A stretch of DNA of 64,000 nucleotides from an uncultured Gammaproteobacteria bacterium. GTDB lineage: Bacteria; Pseudomonadota; Gammaproteobacteria; Enterobacterales; Alteromonadaceae. Positions 20,341 through 30,799 of this stretch are shown here, one piece after another. The translations under genes and the position numbers were made by a program. Numbering within the stretch: position 1 is the stretch's first letter; the number at the start of each line of letters is the position of its first letter. Under the pieces are notes generated by a model, which saw nothing but the letters and a program-made list of their open reading frames with translations, was not told the origin of the DNA and made no database searches. Where the stretch lies: positions 3,033,214 through 3,097,213 of the forward strand of contig OW818678.1 of NCBI GenBank assembly GCA_942493115.1, read 5' to 3'.

Positions 20341-20913
20341 TCAGGTGCAAACACCCGAAGCATCGGACGACAACACCTGAATACGGCCACCGGAGTCAAA
20401 CTGCAGATCACGGATATTTGGCTTGGTTTGTGGTTGGGCGACACAAAAGCGGATTTGTGCCGACAAAGGTGTATTGTTGGCAGGCATTCTGGCCAACCCC
20501 TGAGGGGTAAAACGAACGGCATGGCCTGCAGCCGCCAGGCTGGCATCTGAACTGACTTTCATCGGTGCCTGCGGAAACAAACCCGAACGCAAAGCCGGCA
20601 CTGTTGGTGCAGCCATGGCAACAGCGGCGGTTTGTACTATCCAGCCTTCCCAGCCGCTGGCTGCCGGCACAGTGCAGGTCATATTGTTATTGGAGTGACA
20701 AAAAACAACGGCTTGATTCAGCCGGATGGCTTCGCTGCGGGCATAAACCAACGCGGTACGGATTTCATCCGTCTGACCACTGAGTTTATTACCGCTGATC
20801 AGGGAGCTAAAAGAAGGCAACATAATGCTGAGACTGACAATAAGTACCGTCATCGCAACCAGCAATTCAATTAAGGTGACGCCACGCTGATACTGCTGTT
20901 GTTTCACCGGCAC
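20341..20913 (-). CDS. fimT: FimT/FimU family minor pilin (set 2)
   Basis: RG|VTLIE signal, ALVYARSEAIRLNQAVVFC, WEGW, VRFTPQG. SD GGGAG before the GTG start. Confidence 0.85.
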   Translation of the reverse strand: MPVKQQQYQRGVTLIELLVAMTVLIVSLSIMLPSFSSLISGNKLSGQTDEIRTALVYARSEAIRLNQAVVFCHSNNNMTCTVPAASGWEGWIVQTAAVAMAAPTVPALRSGLFPQAPMKVSSDASLAAAGHAVRFTPQGLARMPANNTPLSAQIRFCVAQPQTKPNIRDLQFDSGGRIQVLSSDASGVCT

Positions 20914-21009
20914 TGCAAAATCTCCCTTGTCACTTGATTAGCACAGGCAACATATTTGTTGCCGAAGCGTAATTTAATGTAACAAGATGGCGAAATAACA
21001 GCCTTTTCT

Positions 21010-21044
21010 GACCAGCGGTAACAACAGCCGACAAACGGTAACAA
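21010..21044 (-). promoter_or_regulatory. Two tandem AlgR/LytTR-type boxes upstream of the fimT-pilVWX-pilY1-pilE operon
   Basis: Plus-strand GACCAGCGGTAACAA (21010-21024) and GACAAACGGTAACAA (21030-21044), 13/15 identical, 20-bp period. Minus strand contains ACCGTTTGTC and ACCGCTGGTC, resembling the P. aeruginosa AlgR site (A/G)CCGTT(C/T)GTC. Confidence 0.6.
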
Positions 21045-21060
21045 GAGAAAAAATGGACTT

Positions 21061-21777
21061 TTACAGCGACCCCGCCAGCAACTGCCGGATTTTTGCCAGC
21101 TCACGCCGGCTCACTTCCAACCGCTGACTACACTGCCAGAGTTCGAGCAGATGTTTACCGTCGCTCTGATGGTGCAGGGCTTTAATCCGACGTTTTAACA
21201 CCAGCGTATTGCGGTGAATACGCACCAGCTCTTGCCCAAACTGCTCTTCCAGCTGTTTCAGGCTGAGATCACTTAAAGCTTCACCGCCGGCAAAGACAAA
21301 ACGGACATATTTGTCTTCAGCCTGCAGGTAGAACATTTGTTGCAGCTCAACCCTTTGTAAACTGTTGCCACTTTTGTAGCTTAACCATTGCTGCGACTGC
21401 TGTTTTTGCAGATGAGCTTTGGTGGTGAGGCCAATACGTTGCAAAGTGGACGCCAGCTGTTCAGCACTGACAGGCTTCAGCAGATAATCGGCAGGCGCCA
21501 CCTGATAAGCCTCCAGCGCATGTTGTGGATGAGCGGTCAGAAACACCACTGCAGGTGGCAACGACAGATGTAACAATTCAGCCGCCACACTTAAACCATC
21601 ACGGCCCGGCATTTTAATATCGAGAAACACCAGGTCGGGCTGTAAACTGGCAGCCAGTGCCAGGGCTGTTTCGCCGTCACTGGCCTCTGCGACGACCTGA
21701 TGCTCAGCAAAAGCGGACAACAGGCGTTGTAATCTGGCTCTGGCTAAAGGTTCATCATCAACAAGCAGAATTTTCAT
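21061..21777 (-). CDS. algR: LytTR-family response regulator, AlgR-like
   Basis: REC domain (VDDEPLAR, FLDIKMPG, FLTAH, DYLLKP) plus LytTR domain (AEDKYV, LKQLE, VRIHRNTLV, VSRR). Confidence 0.78.
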   Translation of the reverse strand: MKILLVDDEPLARARLQRLLSAFAEHQVVAEASDGETALALAASLQPDLVFLDIKMPGRDGLSVAAELLHLSLPPAVVFLTAHPQHALEAYQVAPADYLLKPVSAEQLASTLQRIGLTTKAHLQKQQSQQWLSYKSGNSLQRVELQQMFYLQAEDKYVRFVFAGGEALSDLSLKQLEEQFGQELVRIHRNTLVLKRRIKALHHQSDGKHLLELWQCSQRLEVSRRELAKIRQLLAGSL

Positions 21778-22823
21778 CAGACATTCCCGACAGTAGTGAT
21801 CAATGGGACCACCAGCTTGACGCGAAATTCACCTTGTTGGGTGCTGGTGCTGAGCCTGGCTGCTGCACCAAATTGCAACTCCAGCCGACGTCTGATGTTG
21901 TCCAGCGCCATACCATTGCCGCCACGCCCCGGCAATTCAGGCAATGGATTGGTGACCAAAATGGTTAAAAATGCATTGGATAACAGCAGTTCAACACTAA
22001 TGGTGCCACCTTTATGGCAACGCTCCACCCCGTGATGTACTGCGTTTTCCAGCAGCGGTTGTAACGTCAGGCAGGGCAACTGCGCTTTTGGCAATTGCGC
22101 CGGCACCTGCCATTGCAGCTTTAATCTGTCACCAAGCCGCCATTGCTCCAGCGCCAGATAACGTTTTGCCAGCGCCAGCTCTTCCTCAAGCTCAGCCACA
22201 GTACCGGCATTTAGCGCGGCACGGAACAAACTGGCAAGATCCAATAACGCCGCTTCAGCAGCCGCCGGATCCTGTTGGGTCAGCTCAGCCACCGTATTGA
22301 GGCTATTAAATAAAAAATGCGGACGAATTCTCGCTTGCAAAGCATCCAGTTCTGAACGTGATTGCGCCTGCAAACGCCAGCTGTGCTCAATATAAAGCGC
22401 AAATAGCTGTATCCCCATGCCGCCGACCAACAACGCAATCAGCAAGGTTTGCAAAATAAAAGCAAGATAATCGGCGCGACTTTGCCAGCCATGATGGCTC
22501 AACAACATAAAAGCGGCAGTGCTGACCAGCAGAGTTACCAGCAACAACAACAACAAAGCAACGCCACTGAGTTGCCGCGGCGGCAGATGTAATAAAGGTT
22601 TTTTAAACTGACACAACAAGGCAACTGTTAATAAAGCCACCCAGTGCACAAACAACGACACCAAACCAAGGCGGGCCCAGAAATCCTGATCCAGGGTGGG
22701 CGCCAGCGACAATAAAATGGCCAGCGCCTGTGCCAATACCAGCACACGAACCACAATACGGCCCTGACAAAAAGCCGGCAACAATTGCTCAAACTGCAGA
22801 TTTAACGCCGATTGAGCTGTCAT
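21777..22823 (-). CDS. fimS: LytS-type sensor histidine kinase, FimS/AlgZ-like
   Basis: N-terminal LPAFCQ followed by TM helices, ELDALQARIRPHFLFNSLN, EELALAKRYLALEQWRLGDRL, LQPLLENAVHHG, GNGMALDNIRRRL. Confidence 0.78.
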   Translation of the reverse strand: MTAQSALNLQFEQLLPAFCQGRIVVRVLVLAQALAILLSLAPTLDQDFWARLGLVSLFVHWVALLTVALLCQFKKPLLHLPPRQLSGVALLLLLLVTLLVSTAAFMLLSHHGWQSRADYLAFILQTLLIALLVGGMGIQLFALYIEHSWRLQAQSRSELDALQARIRPHFLFNSLNTVAELTQQDPAAAEAALLDLASLFRAALNAGTVAELEEELALAKRYLALEQWRLGDRLKLQWQVPAQLPKAQLPCLTLQPLLENAVHHGVERCHKGGTISVELLLSNAFLTILVTNPLPELPGRGGNGMALDNIRRRLELQFGAAARLSTSTQQGEFRVKLVVPLITTVGNV

Positions 22824-22834
22824 GCTGTTGTTCC

Positions 22835-23764
22835 TTAACGAAGTTCTGCCGGTACAGCAAAAACCACGTTTTCTTCACGGCCCGGGTGTTCAATCACTTG
22901 TTTGCCACCCCAGACTGTCAGTTGCTGCACCACCTGCTGCACCAAAACTTCAGGTGCGGAAGCGCCGGCGGTCACACCCACAGCCTTCACCTCAGCCAGC
23001 CAGCTTTGTTGAATATCTGCTGCGGTATCAATTAAATAAGCCGTACAACCCATTTTTTCGGCCAGCTCACGTAAGCGGTTGGAGTTACTGCTGTTTTTAG
23101 CCCCCACTACCAACAATAACTGCACTTTAGCCGCCAGTTCACGTACCGCATCCTGCCGGTTTTGCGTGGCGTAACAAATATCGTCTTTACGCGGGCCTTC
23201 AATATCCGGGAATTTTTTCCGCAGTGCATCAATCACATCAGCGGTATCATCCACCGACAAGGTGGTTTGACTGGAAAAGCACAAATCAGCCGGGTTTTTC
23301 ACCTCCAGCTGTTCGACATCTTCCACCGACTCCACCAGATAAATACCACCGGCCGGGTTATCGTATTGGCCCATAGTGCCTTCCACTTCAGGATGGCCGG
23401 CATGACCAATCAGAATACACTCCACCCCTTTGCGGCTGGCGCGAGTCACTTCCATATGCACTTTAGTCACCAGTGGACAGGTGGCGTCAAATACTTTTAA
23501 ACCCCGTTGTTTGGCATTTTCCCGCACCGCCTGCGACACACCATGAGCGGAAAAAATCACAATGTTGCCATCCGGCACTTCATCCAGTTCGTCAACAAAG
23601 ACCGCACCGCTGCGACGCAAACCGTCTACCACAAACTTGTTATGTACCACTTCGTGGCGTACATAAATCGGCGGTTCGTACAGCTCTAAAGCGCGGGAAA
23701 CAATGCTGATAGCACGGTCAACACCGGCACAAAAACCACGGGGATTGGCGAGAAAAATATCCAT
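22835..23764 (-). CDS. ispH: 4-hydroxy-3-methylbut-2-enyl diphosphate reductase
   Basis: [50 protein letters not shown]. Confidence 0.98.
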   Translation of the reverse strand: MDIFLANPRGFCAGVDRAISIVSRALELYEPPIYVRHEVVHNKFVVDGLRRSGAVFVDELDEVPDGNIVIFSAHGVSQAVRENAKQRGLKVFDATCPLVTKVHMEVTRASRKGVECILIGHAGHPEVEGTMGQYDNPAGGIYLVESVEDVEQLEVKNPADLCFSSQTTLSVDDTADVIDALRKKFPDIEGPRKDDICYATQNRQDAVRELAAKVQLLLVVGAKNSSNSNRLRELAEKMGCTAYLIDTAADIQQSWLAEVKAVGVTAGASAPEVLVQQVVQQLTVWGGKQVIEHPGREENVVFAVPAELR

Positions 23765-23766
23765 CT

Positions 23767-24198
23767 TTAGTTTGTTACCTGCACAATTTCAACGTTAAAG
23801 GTCAGCGTCTGGCCGGCCAAGGGGTGATTAAAATCTACCGTCACTGAATCACCCACTACTTCGCGGATAAGGCCCGGCAATTCAGAGCCGTCCGGCATGG
23901 CAAATCCAACAATCATGCCAACCTGAGCCGGCGCTTCCATGGAAAACTTGCTGCGGTCGACATAATAAATATTATCCGGGTTTGGCATGCCGTAAGCATC
24001 TTCAGGCGCCAGCGTAAAAGTTTTTTTATCACCGGCAGCTAAACCCGCAAGTTCAGCTTCAAAAGCCGGTGACAAAGAACCATCACCCATCTGCAACCTT
24101 GCCGGTTTGTTATGCACCCTTGTACTTTCTGCGGCGCTGCCATCAGACAGTTTGATATCAAAGTGAAAAATGACAGTACTGCCAGCTCCAATCAACAT
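23767..24198 (-). CDS. fkpB: FKBP-type peptidyl-prolyl cis-trans isomerase (SlpA)
   Basis: [20 protein letters not shown]. Position between lspA and ispH. Confidence 0.95.
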   Translation of the reverse strand: MLIGAGSTVIFHFDIKLSDGSAAESTRVHNKPARLQMGDGSLSPAFEAELAGLAAGDKKTFTLAPEDAYGMPNPDNIYYVDRSKFSMEAPAQVGMIVGFAMPDGSELPGLIREVVGDSVTVDFNHPLAGQTLTFNVEIVQVTN

Positions 24199-24211
24199 AA
24201 CTCAACCACTC

Positions 24212-24706
24212 TTATTTAGTTTTATCTACCACATCGGGTGAAAAGCTGTCCCAAATCAACAGGCCTGCGCCAATGGTAATAGCGCAGTCGGCAATATTAA
24301 ACACAGGGTAATGCCACTCTTGATAATAAACATGTAAAAAATCAACAACATAACCATAGAGGCTGCGGTCAATCAGGTTGCCGATAGCACCGGCAACAAT
24401 CAGCACCAGCGCCAGCGATAATTTCCATTCGGCCCGTTGTAACCTGGATAACCAAACACTGAGTACGATGGATACCACCACGGCGATCAGCGTAAACAAC
24501 CAGCGTTGCCAGCCACCGGCATCACCCAGAAACGAAAAAGCGGCGCCATAGTTGCGGGCATAAGTAAAATTAAATACCGGCAACAGCTGAATAGATTCAC
24601 CCAGCTCAAAACGCTGCAACACCCAGATTTTGGTCAGCTGATCCGCGACCAGCACCAGAAGCGCCAGCCACCAGAAACGCCAGCCGGACTCTTTAAATAA
24701 CACCAT
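24212..24706 (-). CDS. lspA: Signal peptidase II
   Basis: DQLTK, NYGAAFSFL, GAIGNLIDR, VVDF, FNIADCAI. Confidence 0.98.
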   Translation of the reverse strand: MVLFKESGWRFWWLALLVLVADQLTKIWVLQRFELGESIQLLPVFNFTYARNYGAAFSFLGDAGGWQRWLFTLIAVVVSIVLSVWLSRLQRAEWKLSLALVLIVAGAIGNLIDRSLYGYVVDFLHVYYQEWHYPVFNIADCAITIGAGLLIWDSFSPDVVDKTK

Positions 24707-27534
24707 TATGCAAAGATCCTCGGTTCACCTGCACCTTCAACGTTGTCGACACAACGCAGACAAATCAGCGGATGAGCGGCATTGGCACCGACATCGTGAC
24801 GATGATGCCAGCAGCGATCACATTTAGCTGCCGTTGAGGTATGCACCTGCACCTGCAAACCGGCAATGCCAGTGGCAATAGCATCGGCAGGGGCAGCACC
24901 TTCAGCCACTGTTGCAGTGGAAGTAATCAGCACAAAACGCAGCTCGTCACCCAACTGGCGCAACGATGTTGCCAGCGCTGCCGGAGCATATAAGGTCACT
25001 TCAGCCTGTAAAGAAGCACCAATACGGCCTTCTTTACGCACAGTTTCAATGACCCGGTTCACTTCGTCACGCACCAGCAATAACTGTTGCCAGAAGGCAT
25101 CATCGACTTTACCTGCCGGCACAGCGGCAAAACCCGGGTACCAGACGCCGGTAAAGACAAAGGGTTCGCGACGCTCTGGCAAACTTTCCCAGATTTCCTG
25201 CGCGGTAAAACTCATCACAGGCGCCATCCAGCGCACCATAGCTTCAATAATATGATAAAGCGCCGTCTGACAAGAACGACGGGCCAAACCGTCAGTTTTG
25301 GCGGTGTACTGGCGGTCTTTAATCACGTCCAGATAAAAACTGCCAAGCTCAACAGTACAGAAGTTCATTAATTTCTGACTGACCTGATGGAACTGGTAAT
25401 CGTCATAATCGGCAATGATTTCCTGTTGCAGCGCTGCAGCGCGTTGCACCATCCATAAATCCAGCTCTACCAGTTCGTGCAGCGGCACTAAATCAGTGGC
25501 CGGGTTAAAACCATTCAGGTTGGCCAGAATAAAACGGGCGGTATTGCGAATACGGCGGTATTTATCAGCGGCGCGGTTCAGGATTTCATCCGACACTGTC
25601 ATTTCGGAGGTGTAGTCGGTGGTGGCAACCCATAAACGCAGAATATCGGCGCCCAGTTTGTTCATCACATCCTGCGGCGATACCACGTTGCCTAAAGACT
25701 TCGACATCTTGCGGCCTTCACCGTCTACGGTAAAACCGTGGGTTAACACTTGTTTATAAGGTGCGTGATTTTTAATAGAAACGCCGGTCATTAACGATGA
25801 CATAAACCAGCCGCGGTGCTGATCCGAACCTTCTAAATACAAATCGGCCTGAGTGGCGCCGCCAAATTCAGGGCGAGGGTCAATCACACAAGCGTGGGTG
25901 ACACCAGAGTCAAACCACACATCCAGGGTGTCAGTCACTTTGACATACTGTGCAGCTTCGGCGCCTAACAAAGTGGCAACTTCTAAATCAAACCAGGCCT
26001 GAATGCCTTGTTGTTCAACCAGTTTTGCCACCTGCTCCATCAGATCTTTGGTATTTGGATGCAAAGCACCTGTGTCTTTGTCGACAAAAAGTGCAATAGG
26101 CACACCCCAGGTGCGCTGACGGGAAATACACCAGTCCGGACGACCTGCCACCATTTTTTCAATACGCTGTTGACCCCAGTCTGGGATCCAACGGGTATTT
26201 TCAATTTCACTCAATGACTTGGCACGTAAACCGGCCTGTTCCATGCTGACAAACCATTGCGGCGTGGCACGGAAAATAATCGGCGTTTTATGGCGCCAGC
26301 AATGCGGGTAACTGTGGTTATAAGCTTTATGCACCAACAGCGCACCGGCGGCTTTTAACGCTTCCACCACAGAGTCATTGGCTTTAAAAACATGCTGACC
26401 GGCAAAAAGTGGTGTGTCCGGCAGATACACACCATTGGCACCCACAGGGTTCGCCACTTCCAGGCCATATTGTTGACCGACCACAAAGTCTTCCTGACCA
26501 TGGCCAGGTGCAGTGTGTACAGCACCGGTACCTGAATCTGTTGTGACATGAGAGCCAAGCACCACAGGCACGTTAAAGTCATACAGCGGGTGTTTTAACT
26601 GCGCCAGCTCCAGCGCGGCACCTTTGCAAAAACCCAAGGCATGGTATTTTTCAATGCCGGCACGGGCCATCACGTCTTTGACTAAATCAGTTGCCAGCAC
26701 CAGACGTTCAGCACCATTCGGGCCTTCTTCGACCTGCACCAGGCTGTAATTTAACTCGGCATTCAGCGCAACGGCGCGGTTGGCCGGAATAGTCCAGGGG
26801 GTTGTGGTCCAGATCACCACTGATACCGGGCCATGACCACGATGACCTTCTGGATGGTCAAATTTGTCGGCAACGGCTTCGTCAACAAAAGCAAAACGCA
26901 CATCAATGGCCGGAGAGACTTTGTCCTGATATTCCACTTCAGCTTCAGCCAAAGCAGAACCGCAGTCGGTACACCAGTGCACCGGCTTAAAGCCTTGTTG
27001 TAAATGACCATTTTCGATAATACGTGACAAAGATCGGATAATATTGGCTTCAAAAGCAAAATCCATAGTGCGGTATGGATTGTTCCAGTCCCCTAATACA
27101 CCTAAGCGGATAAAATCAGTTTTTTGCGCTTCAATTTGCGTTAAAGCGTATTCACGGCATTTTTCACGAAATTCTGCCGCAGATAACTTCACACCTGGTT
27201 TGCCGTATTTTTTCTCTACCACCAGCTCAATCGGCAGACCATGGCAGTCCCAGCCAGGTACATAAGGCGCGTCAAAATCATCCAGCGTTTTGGCTTTTAC
27301 AATAATGTCTTTCAGAATTTTGTTCACCGCGTGACCAATGTGGATGTTGCCGTTGGCGTACGGCGGGCCGTCGTGCAGAATAAAGGTTTTTTTGCCTTTT
27401 TTAGCAGCCCGGATTTGACCGTATAAGTCGGCCTGGGTCCAGTTCGCCAGCATTTGCGGTTCACGCTGCGCCAGGTTGGCGCGCATGGCAAAAGCCGTAT
27501 CCGGTAAGTTCAGCGTTGCTTTATAGTCTGTCAT
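24706..27534 (-). CDS. ileS: Isoleucine--tRNA ligase
   Basis: [50 protein letters not shown]-terminal CDRCW...CLRC zinc finger. Confidence 0.99.
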   Translation of the reverse strand: MTDYKATLNLPDTAFAMRANLAQREPQMLANWTQADLYGQIRAAKKGKKTFILHDGPPYANGNIHIGHAVNKILKDIIVKAKTLDDFDAPYVPGWDCHGLPIELVVEKKYGKPGVKLSAAEFREKCREYALTQIEAQKTDFIRLGVLGDWNNPYRTMDFAFEANIIRSLSRIIENGHLQQGFKPVHWCTDCGSALAEAEVEYQDKVSPAIDVRFAFVDEAVADKFDHPEGHRGHGPVSVVIWTTTPWTIPANRAVALNAELNYSLVQVEEGPNGAERLVLATDLVKDVMARAGIEKYHALGFCKGAALELAQLKHPLYDFNVPVVLGSHVTTDSGTGAVHTAPGHGQEDFVVGQQYGLEVANPVGANGVYLPDTPLFAGQHVFKANDSVVEALKAAGALLVHKAYNHSYPHCWRHKTPIIFRATPQWFVSMEQAGLRAKSLSEIENTRWIPDWGQQRIEKMVAGRPDWCISRQRTWGVPIALFVDKDTGALHPNTKDLMEQVAKLVEQQGIQAWFDLEVATLLGAEAAQYVKVTDTLDVWFDSGVTHACVIDPRPEFGGATQADLYLEGSDQHRGWFMSSLMTGVSIKNHAPYKQVLTHGFTVDGEGRKMSKSLGNVVSPQDVMNKLGADILRLWVATTDYTSEMTVSDEILNRAADKYRRIRNTARFILANLNGFNPATDLVPLHELVELDLWMVQRAAALQQEIIADYDDYQFHQVSQKLMNFCTVELGSFYLDVIKDRQYTAKTDGLARRSCQTALYHIIEAMVRWMAPVMSFTAQEIWESLPERREPFVFTGVWYPGFAAVPAGKVDDAFWQQLLLVRDEVNRVIETVRKEGRIGASLQAEVTLYAPAALATSLRQLGDELRFVLITSTATVAEGAAPADAIATGIAGLQVQVHTSTAAKCDRCWHHRHDVGANAAHPLICLRCVDNVEGAGEPRIFA

Positions 27535-27588
27535 CCGTTTATTTCCGTGTTAGTTCTGTATTGACCCGCTTTGGCGTGCCGGCAAATT

Positions 27589-28521
27589 TTAATTGTTTTT
27601 GTTGCTGAAAAACTGCCGCGCCGCGGCAGCGTCCAGCTGAATTTGTTGTTGTAACTCGTTGAGCGACGCAAACTTGCGCTCAGCGCGGATTTTATGCCGC
27701 AGCAGCACTTCAATCTGCTGACCGTATAAATCCCCCTGGAAATCAAAAAAATGCGCTTCCAGCTGTTCTTGTTTGCCCTGCAACGTCGGTCTCGCCCCTA
27801 TATTGGCAACACCGTGAAAATGGCCATGAGCAGTCAAAGCTTCAATGGCATACACACCCCGTACCGGCAATTTATTGCGGTATAACCAGACATTGGCCGT
27901 TGGAAAACCGAGCTGACGCCCGACTTTTTCACCATGGCGCACCCGCCCCATTAACGAAAACGGCCGCCCCAACATCTGCTCAGCCTGCTCAAGCTCATTC
28001 TGTTCCAGCGCTTGCCTGATCAAAGTGCTGGACACTCTTTTATCATCTTGTTTTAAGCTGGCTGTGCTGGTCAGGCCAAAACCAAACTGCGCAGCGGCCT
28101 GTTGTAACAAGGCATAGTTCCCGGCGCGGTTTTTGCCAAAACAAAAATCATCACCCACTATTAAATGGCGCACCCCGAGTTTGCCAAGCAATAACTGCTC
28201 GATAAAACCTTGTGGGTCCTGTCCGGCAAAGTCAGCATTAAAATTGACACAAAGCAGTCGGTCTAACCCCAGCCTGGCGAGCCAATGATACTTCTCACGA
28301 AAGCGGGTCAGGCGCGCTGGCGCAGCTTCTGGCTTAAATAACTCCAGTGGCTGCGGTTCAAACACCATCACCACAGCAGGCAAATTTAAAGCAGCGGCAA
28401 TCTGTTTTACCTGAGCAAGCACCGCCTGATGTCCCAGATGTACACCGTCAAAATTACCTATGGTCAGTACACAATCACGGTGACCAGGTTTGATATTATG
28501 CAGGCCGCGAATTAGCTCCAT
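27589..28521 (-). CDS. ribF: Bifunctional riboflavin kinase/FAD synthetase
   Basis: IGNFDGVHLGHQ, VGDDFCFG, VSSTLIR, GRQLGFPTAN, LEAHFFDF. Confidence 0.97.
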   Translation of the reverse strand: MELIRGLHNIKPGHRDCVLTIGNFDGVHLGHQAVLAQVKQIAAALNLPAVVMVFEPQPLELFKPEAAPARLTRFREKYHWLARLGLDRLLCVNFNADFAGQDPQGFIEQLLLGKLGVRHLIVGDDFCFGKNRAGNYALLQQAAAQFGFGLTSTASLKQDDKRVSSTLIRQALEQNELEQAEQMLGRPFSLMGRVRHGEKVGRQLGFPTANVWLYRNKLPVRGVYAIEALTAHGHFHGVANIGARPTLQGKQEQLEAHFFDFQGDLYGQQIEVLLRHKIRAERKFASLNELQQQIQLDAAAARQFFSNKNN

Positions 28522-28571
28522 GCCGGATTAACTACTCTGTGTTGCTGTCTAAACGGCCGATTATAACTGCA

Positions 28572-30149
28572 TCAGCTTTTAGTTTCAGCAATTGTCTGTC
28601 TTTTCAGCTGACTCAAACGCACGCCAAACAGCCAGAGCAGACCAAAATACACCGGCACTGCAAGTAGCACCAGCCACAATAGGGTCAAGGCTTTGCTGGC
28701 AAAAGCCATATTCAGCCAGCCGTGCAATGAAGGTGAACACCAGAACATTAAAGTGGCCATCAATGCCGCTGCCAGCATGGCTTTACCAAGCAACCACAAG
28801 GTGGTGTTATTGATCCGGTAGATATCACGTTTGACTAGTCCCTGATATAACAACCAGGCGTTTAACGAACCAGACAAGGCGGTGGCCAGTGCAAGGCCGA
28901 CATAACTGATAAAAGGCGCCAGCATCAGGTTAAACACCATATTGGCGACCATGGCAATAATACCAATACGCACCGGGGTTTTAATGTCTTGTCTGGCATA
29001 AAAAGCCGGTGCCAGCACTTTAATCAGCATAAGAGGCACTAAGCCCGATGCATAGGCAATCAGACTTAAACTGCTCTGACTGGCATCAAAGGCGGTAAAT
29101 TTACCGTGGGCAAACACCGTTAGCAAAATGGGTTCAGCCAGTACTATTAAGCCCGCCATCGAGGGCAATCCCAATAAACAAATCAGGCTGACAGACCAAT
29201 CTAATGTGCGTTTAAATTCATGTTGATCATCGGTGGCAAACTGACGCGACAAACTTGGCAATATCACAGTGGCAATAGCAATACCAAAGATGCCAAGCGG
29301 AAATTCCAATAAACGGTCAGAGTAATACAACCAGGCGACTGAGCCTGTCATCAGAAAAGAAGCAATGACAGCATCAAGCAGTAAATTAATCTGACTGACC
29401 GACACCCCAAACAAAGCAGGTAACATCAGGGTCCGGATCCGGGTGACATGTTCATCTTTCCAGGCCCAGCGCGGTTTGACCAACAAACCGGCTTTGGCCA
29501 AAAAAGGCAACTGAAACACAAACTGCAACAAACCACCTAAAAATACCCCCCAGGCTAAGGCAGTGGATGCATCGTCCATGTAAGGTGTTAACAACAAGGC
29601 GGCTGCTATCATGGCAATATTCAGAAACACCGGACTAAAAGCCGCCACGGCAAATTTGTTGTAAGTGTTCAGAATGGCGCCGGATAACGCGACAAAAGTA
29701 ATAAACCATAAATATGGAAAAGTGATTTTTAATAAAAAACTGGCATGTTGGTATTTTTCACCGTCAGGGTTGCCCTGCAAATAATCCTGAAACCAGCCCA
29801 TACCAAACAGCGCCATCAGCACAGGGGAGCCAATCATACCAAGCAGAGTCACGACAGTGACTATCAGACCCAGAGTCCCTGAAGCTTTAGCCATGAGCTC
29901 ACGCACAGCGTCATCACCGTGTTTGGCTTTGACTTCAGATAACACAGGCACAAAAGCCTGAGAAAACGCACCTTCGGCAAATAAACGCCGTAAAAAGTTC
30001 GGAATGCGGTTGACCATCAGAAAGACGTCAGCCATAGCACCGGCCCCCAGCACATTAGCGGTTACGACATCACGGACCAGACCAAGCAAGCGCGAAATTA
30101 ATGTCATTACACTGACAATCATGCCTGATTTTAATAACTTAGCTGACAC
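28572..30149 (-). CDS. murJ: Lipid II flippase MurJ (MviN)
   Basis: SRLLGLVRD, IPNFLRRLFAEGAFSQAFVP, YYSDRLLEFPLG, FYARQDIKTP. GTG 30149 with SD AGGAGG. Confidence 0.97.
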   Translation of the reverse strand: MSAKLLKSGMIVSVMTLISRLLGLVRDVVTANVLGAGAMADVFLMVNRIPNFLRRLFAEGAFSQAFVPVLSEVKAKHGDDAVRELMAKASGTLGLIVTVVTLLGMIGSPVLMALFGMGWFQDYLQGNPDGEKYQHASFLLKITFPYLWFITFVALSGAILNTYNKFAVAAFSPVFLNIAMIAAALLLTPYMDDASTALAWGVFLGGLLQFVFQLPFLAKAGLLVKPRWAWKDEHVTRIRTLMLPALFGVSVSQINLLLDAVIASFLMTGSVAWLYYSDRLLEFPLGIFGIAIATVILPSLSRQFATDDQHEFKRTLDWSVSLICLLGLPSMAGLIVLAEPILLTVFAHGKFTAFDASQSSLSLIAYASGLVPLMLIKVLAPAFYARQDIKTPVRIGIIAMVANMVFNLMLAPFISYVGLALATALSGSLNAWLLYQGLVKRDIYRINNTTLWLLGKAMLAAALMATLMFWCSPSLHGWLNMAFASKALTLLWLVLLAVPVYFGLLWLFGVRLSQLKRQTIAETKS

Positions 30150-30248
30150 AAAACCCTCCTTTTCCTGCTGGCTTGCTATTGTCGCCTGAGCGTCTTGTGA
30201 ATACCAGTACAACAAGGATTTAATTCTGCTTTGCGCTCGTAAAATCAT

Positions 30249-30277
30249 TTGACAAGGGCCTACAAAATAGGCATATT
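30249..30277 (+). promoter_or_regulatory. Sigma70 promoter of rpsT
   Basis: TTGACA-17 nt-CATATT followed by a GC-rich discriminator (GCGGCC), typical of stringently controlled r-protein promoters. Confidence 0.75.
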
Positions 30278-30322
30278 ATGCGGCCTTTAAAGAGTCCCGG
30301 TTTAGTTTTTAGGAGTGTTACC

Positions 30323-30595
30323 TTGGCTAACATTAAGTCTGCTAAGAAACGCGCTATTCAATCAGAAAAGCGTCGTCAGCAAAACGCAAGTCAGCGCTCA
30401 ATGATGCGTACTTTCATCAAGAAAACCTACGCAGCAGTGTTAACTTCTGATGCAGTAGCTGCGCAAGAAGCGTTCAAGAAAATGGTTCCAGTGATTGACC
30501 GTATGGCAGACAAAGGTCTGATCCATAAGAACAAAGCTGCACGTCATAAGTCACGTTTAAATGCCCACGTTAAGGCATTGGTAACTGCTGCTTAA
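30323..30595 (+). CDS. rpsT: 30S ribosomal protein S20
   Basis: TTG start with SD AGGAG; [32 protein letters not shown]. Confidence 0.98.
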   Translation: MANIKSAKKRAIQSEKRRQQNASQRSMMRTFIKKTYAAVLTSDAVAAQEAFKKMVPVIDRMADKGLIHKNKAARHKSRLNAHVKALVTAA

Positions 30596-30606
30596 TTGAC
30601 ACCAAC

Positions 30607-30632
30607 AAAAAAACGCCGAAAGGCGTTTTTTT
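30607..30632 (+). terminator. rpsT intrinsic terminator
   Basis: AAAAAAACGCC-GAAA-GGCGTTTTTTT. Confidence 0.88.
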
Positions 30633-30729
30633 GTACCTGCAGTTTTGCTGATTGATATACATCCAACACCGGCATATTTGGCTGGTAGCAAAATGTAGTC
30701 AGGTCTATTCAGCATCATCGGATAAAATA

Positions 30730-30755
30730 AAAAAGCCAGCGAAAGCTGGCTTTTT
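30730..30755 (-). terminator. Intrinsic terminator downstream of hlyU
   Basis: AAAAAGCCAGC-GAAA-GCTGGCTTTTT. Confidence 0.8.
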
Positions 30756-30799
30756 ATTATCCGAATACGAATGAACAGTCGCAGGCATTAGCCTCAATG

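Noticed and set aside
21010-21044. Direct repeats considered as a CRISPR remnant
   Set aside because: Only two 15-bp units with a 5-bp spacer and no cas genes. An operator explains them better.
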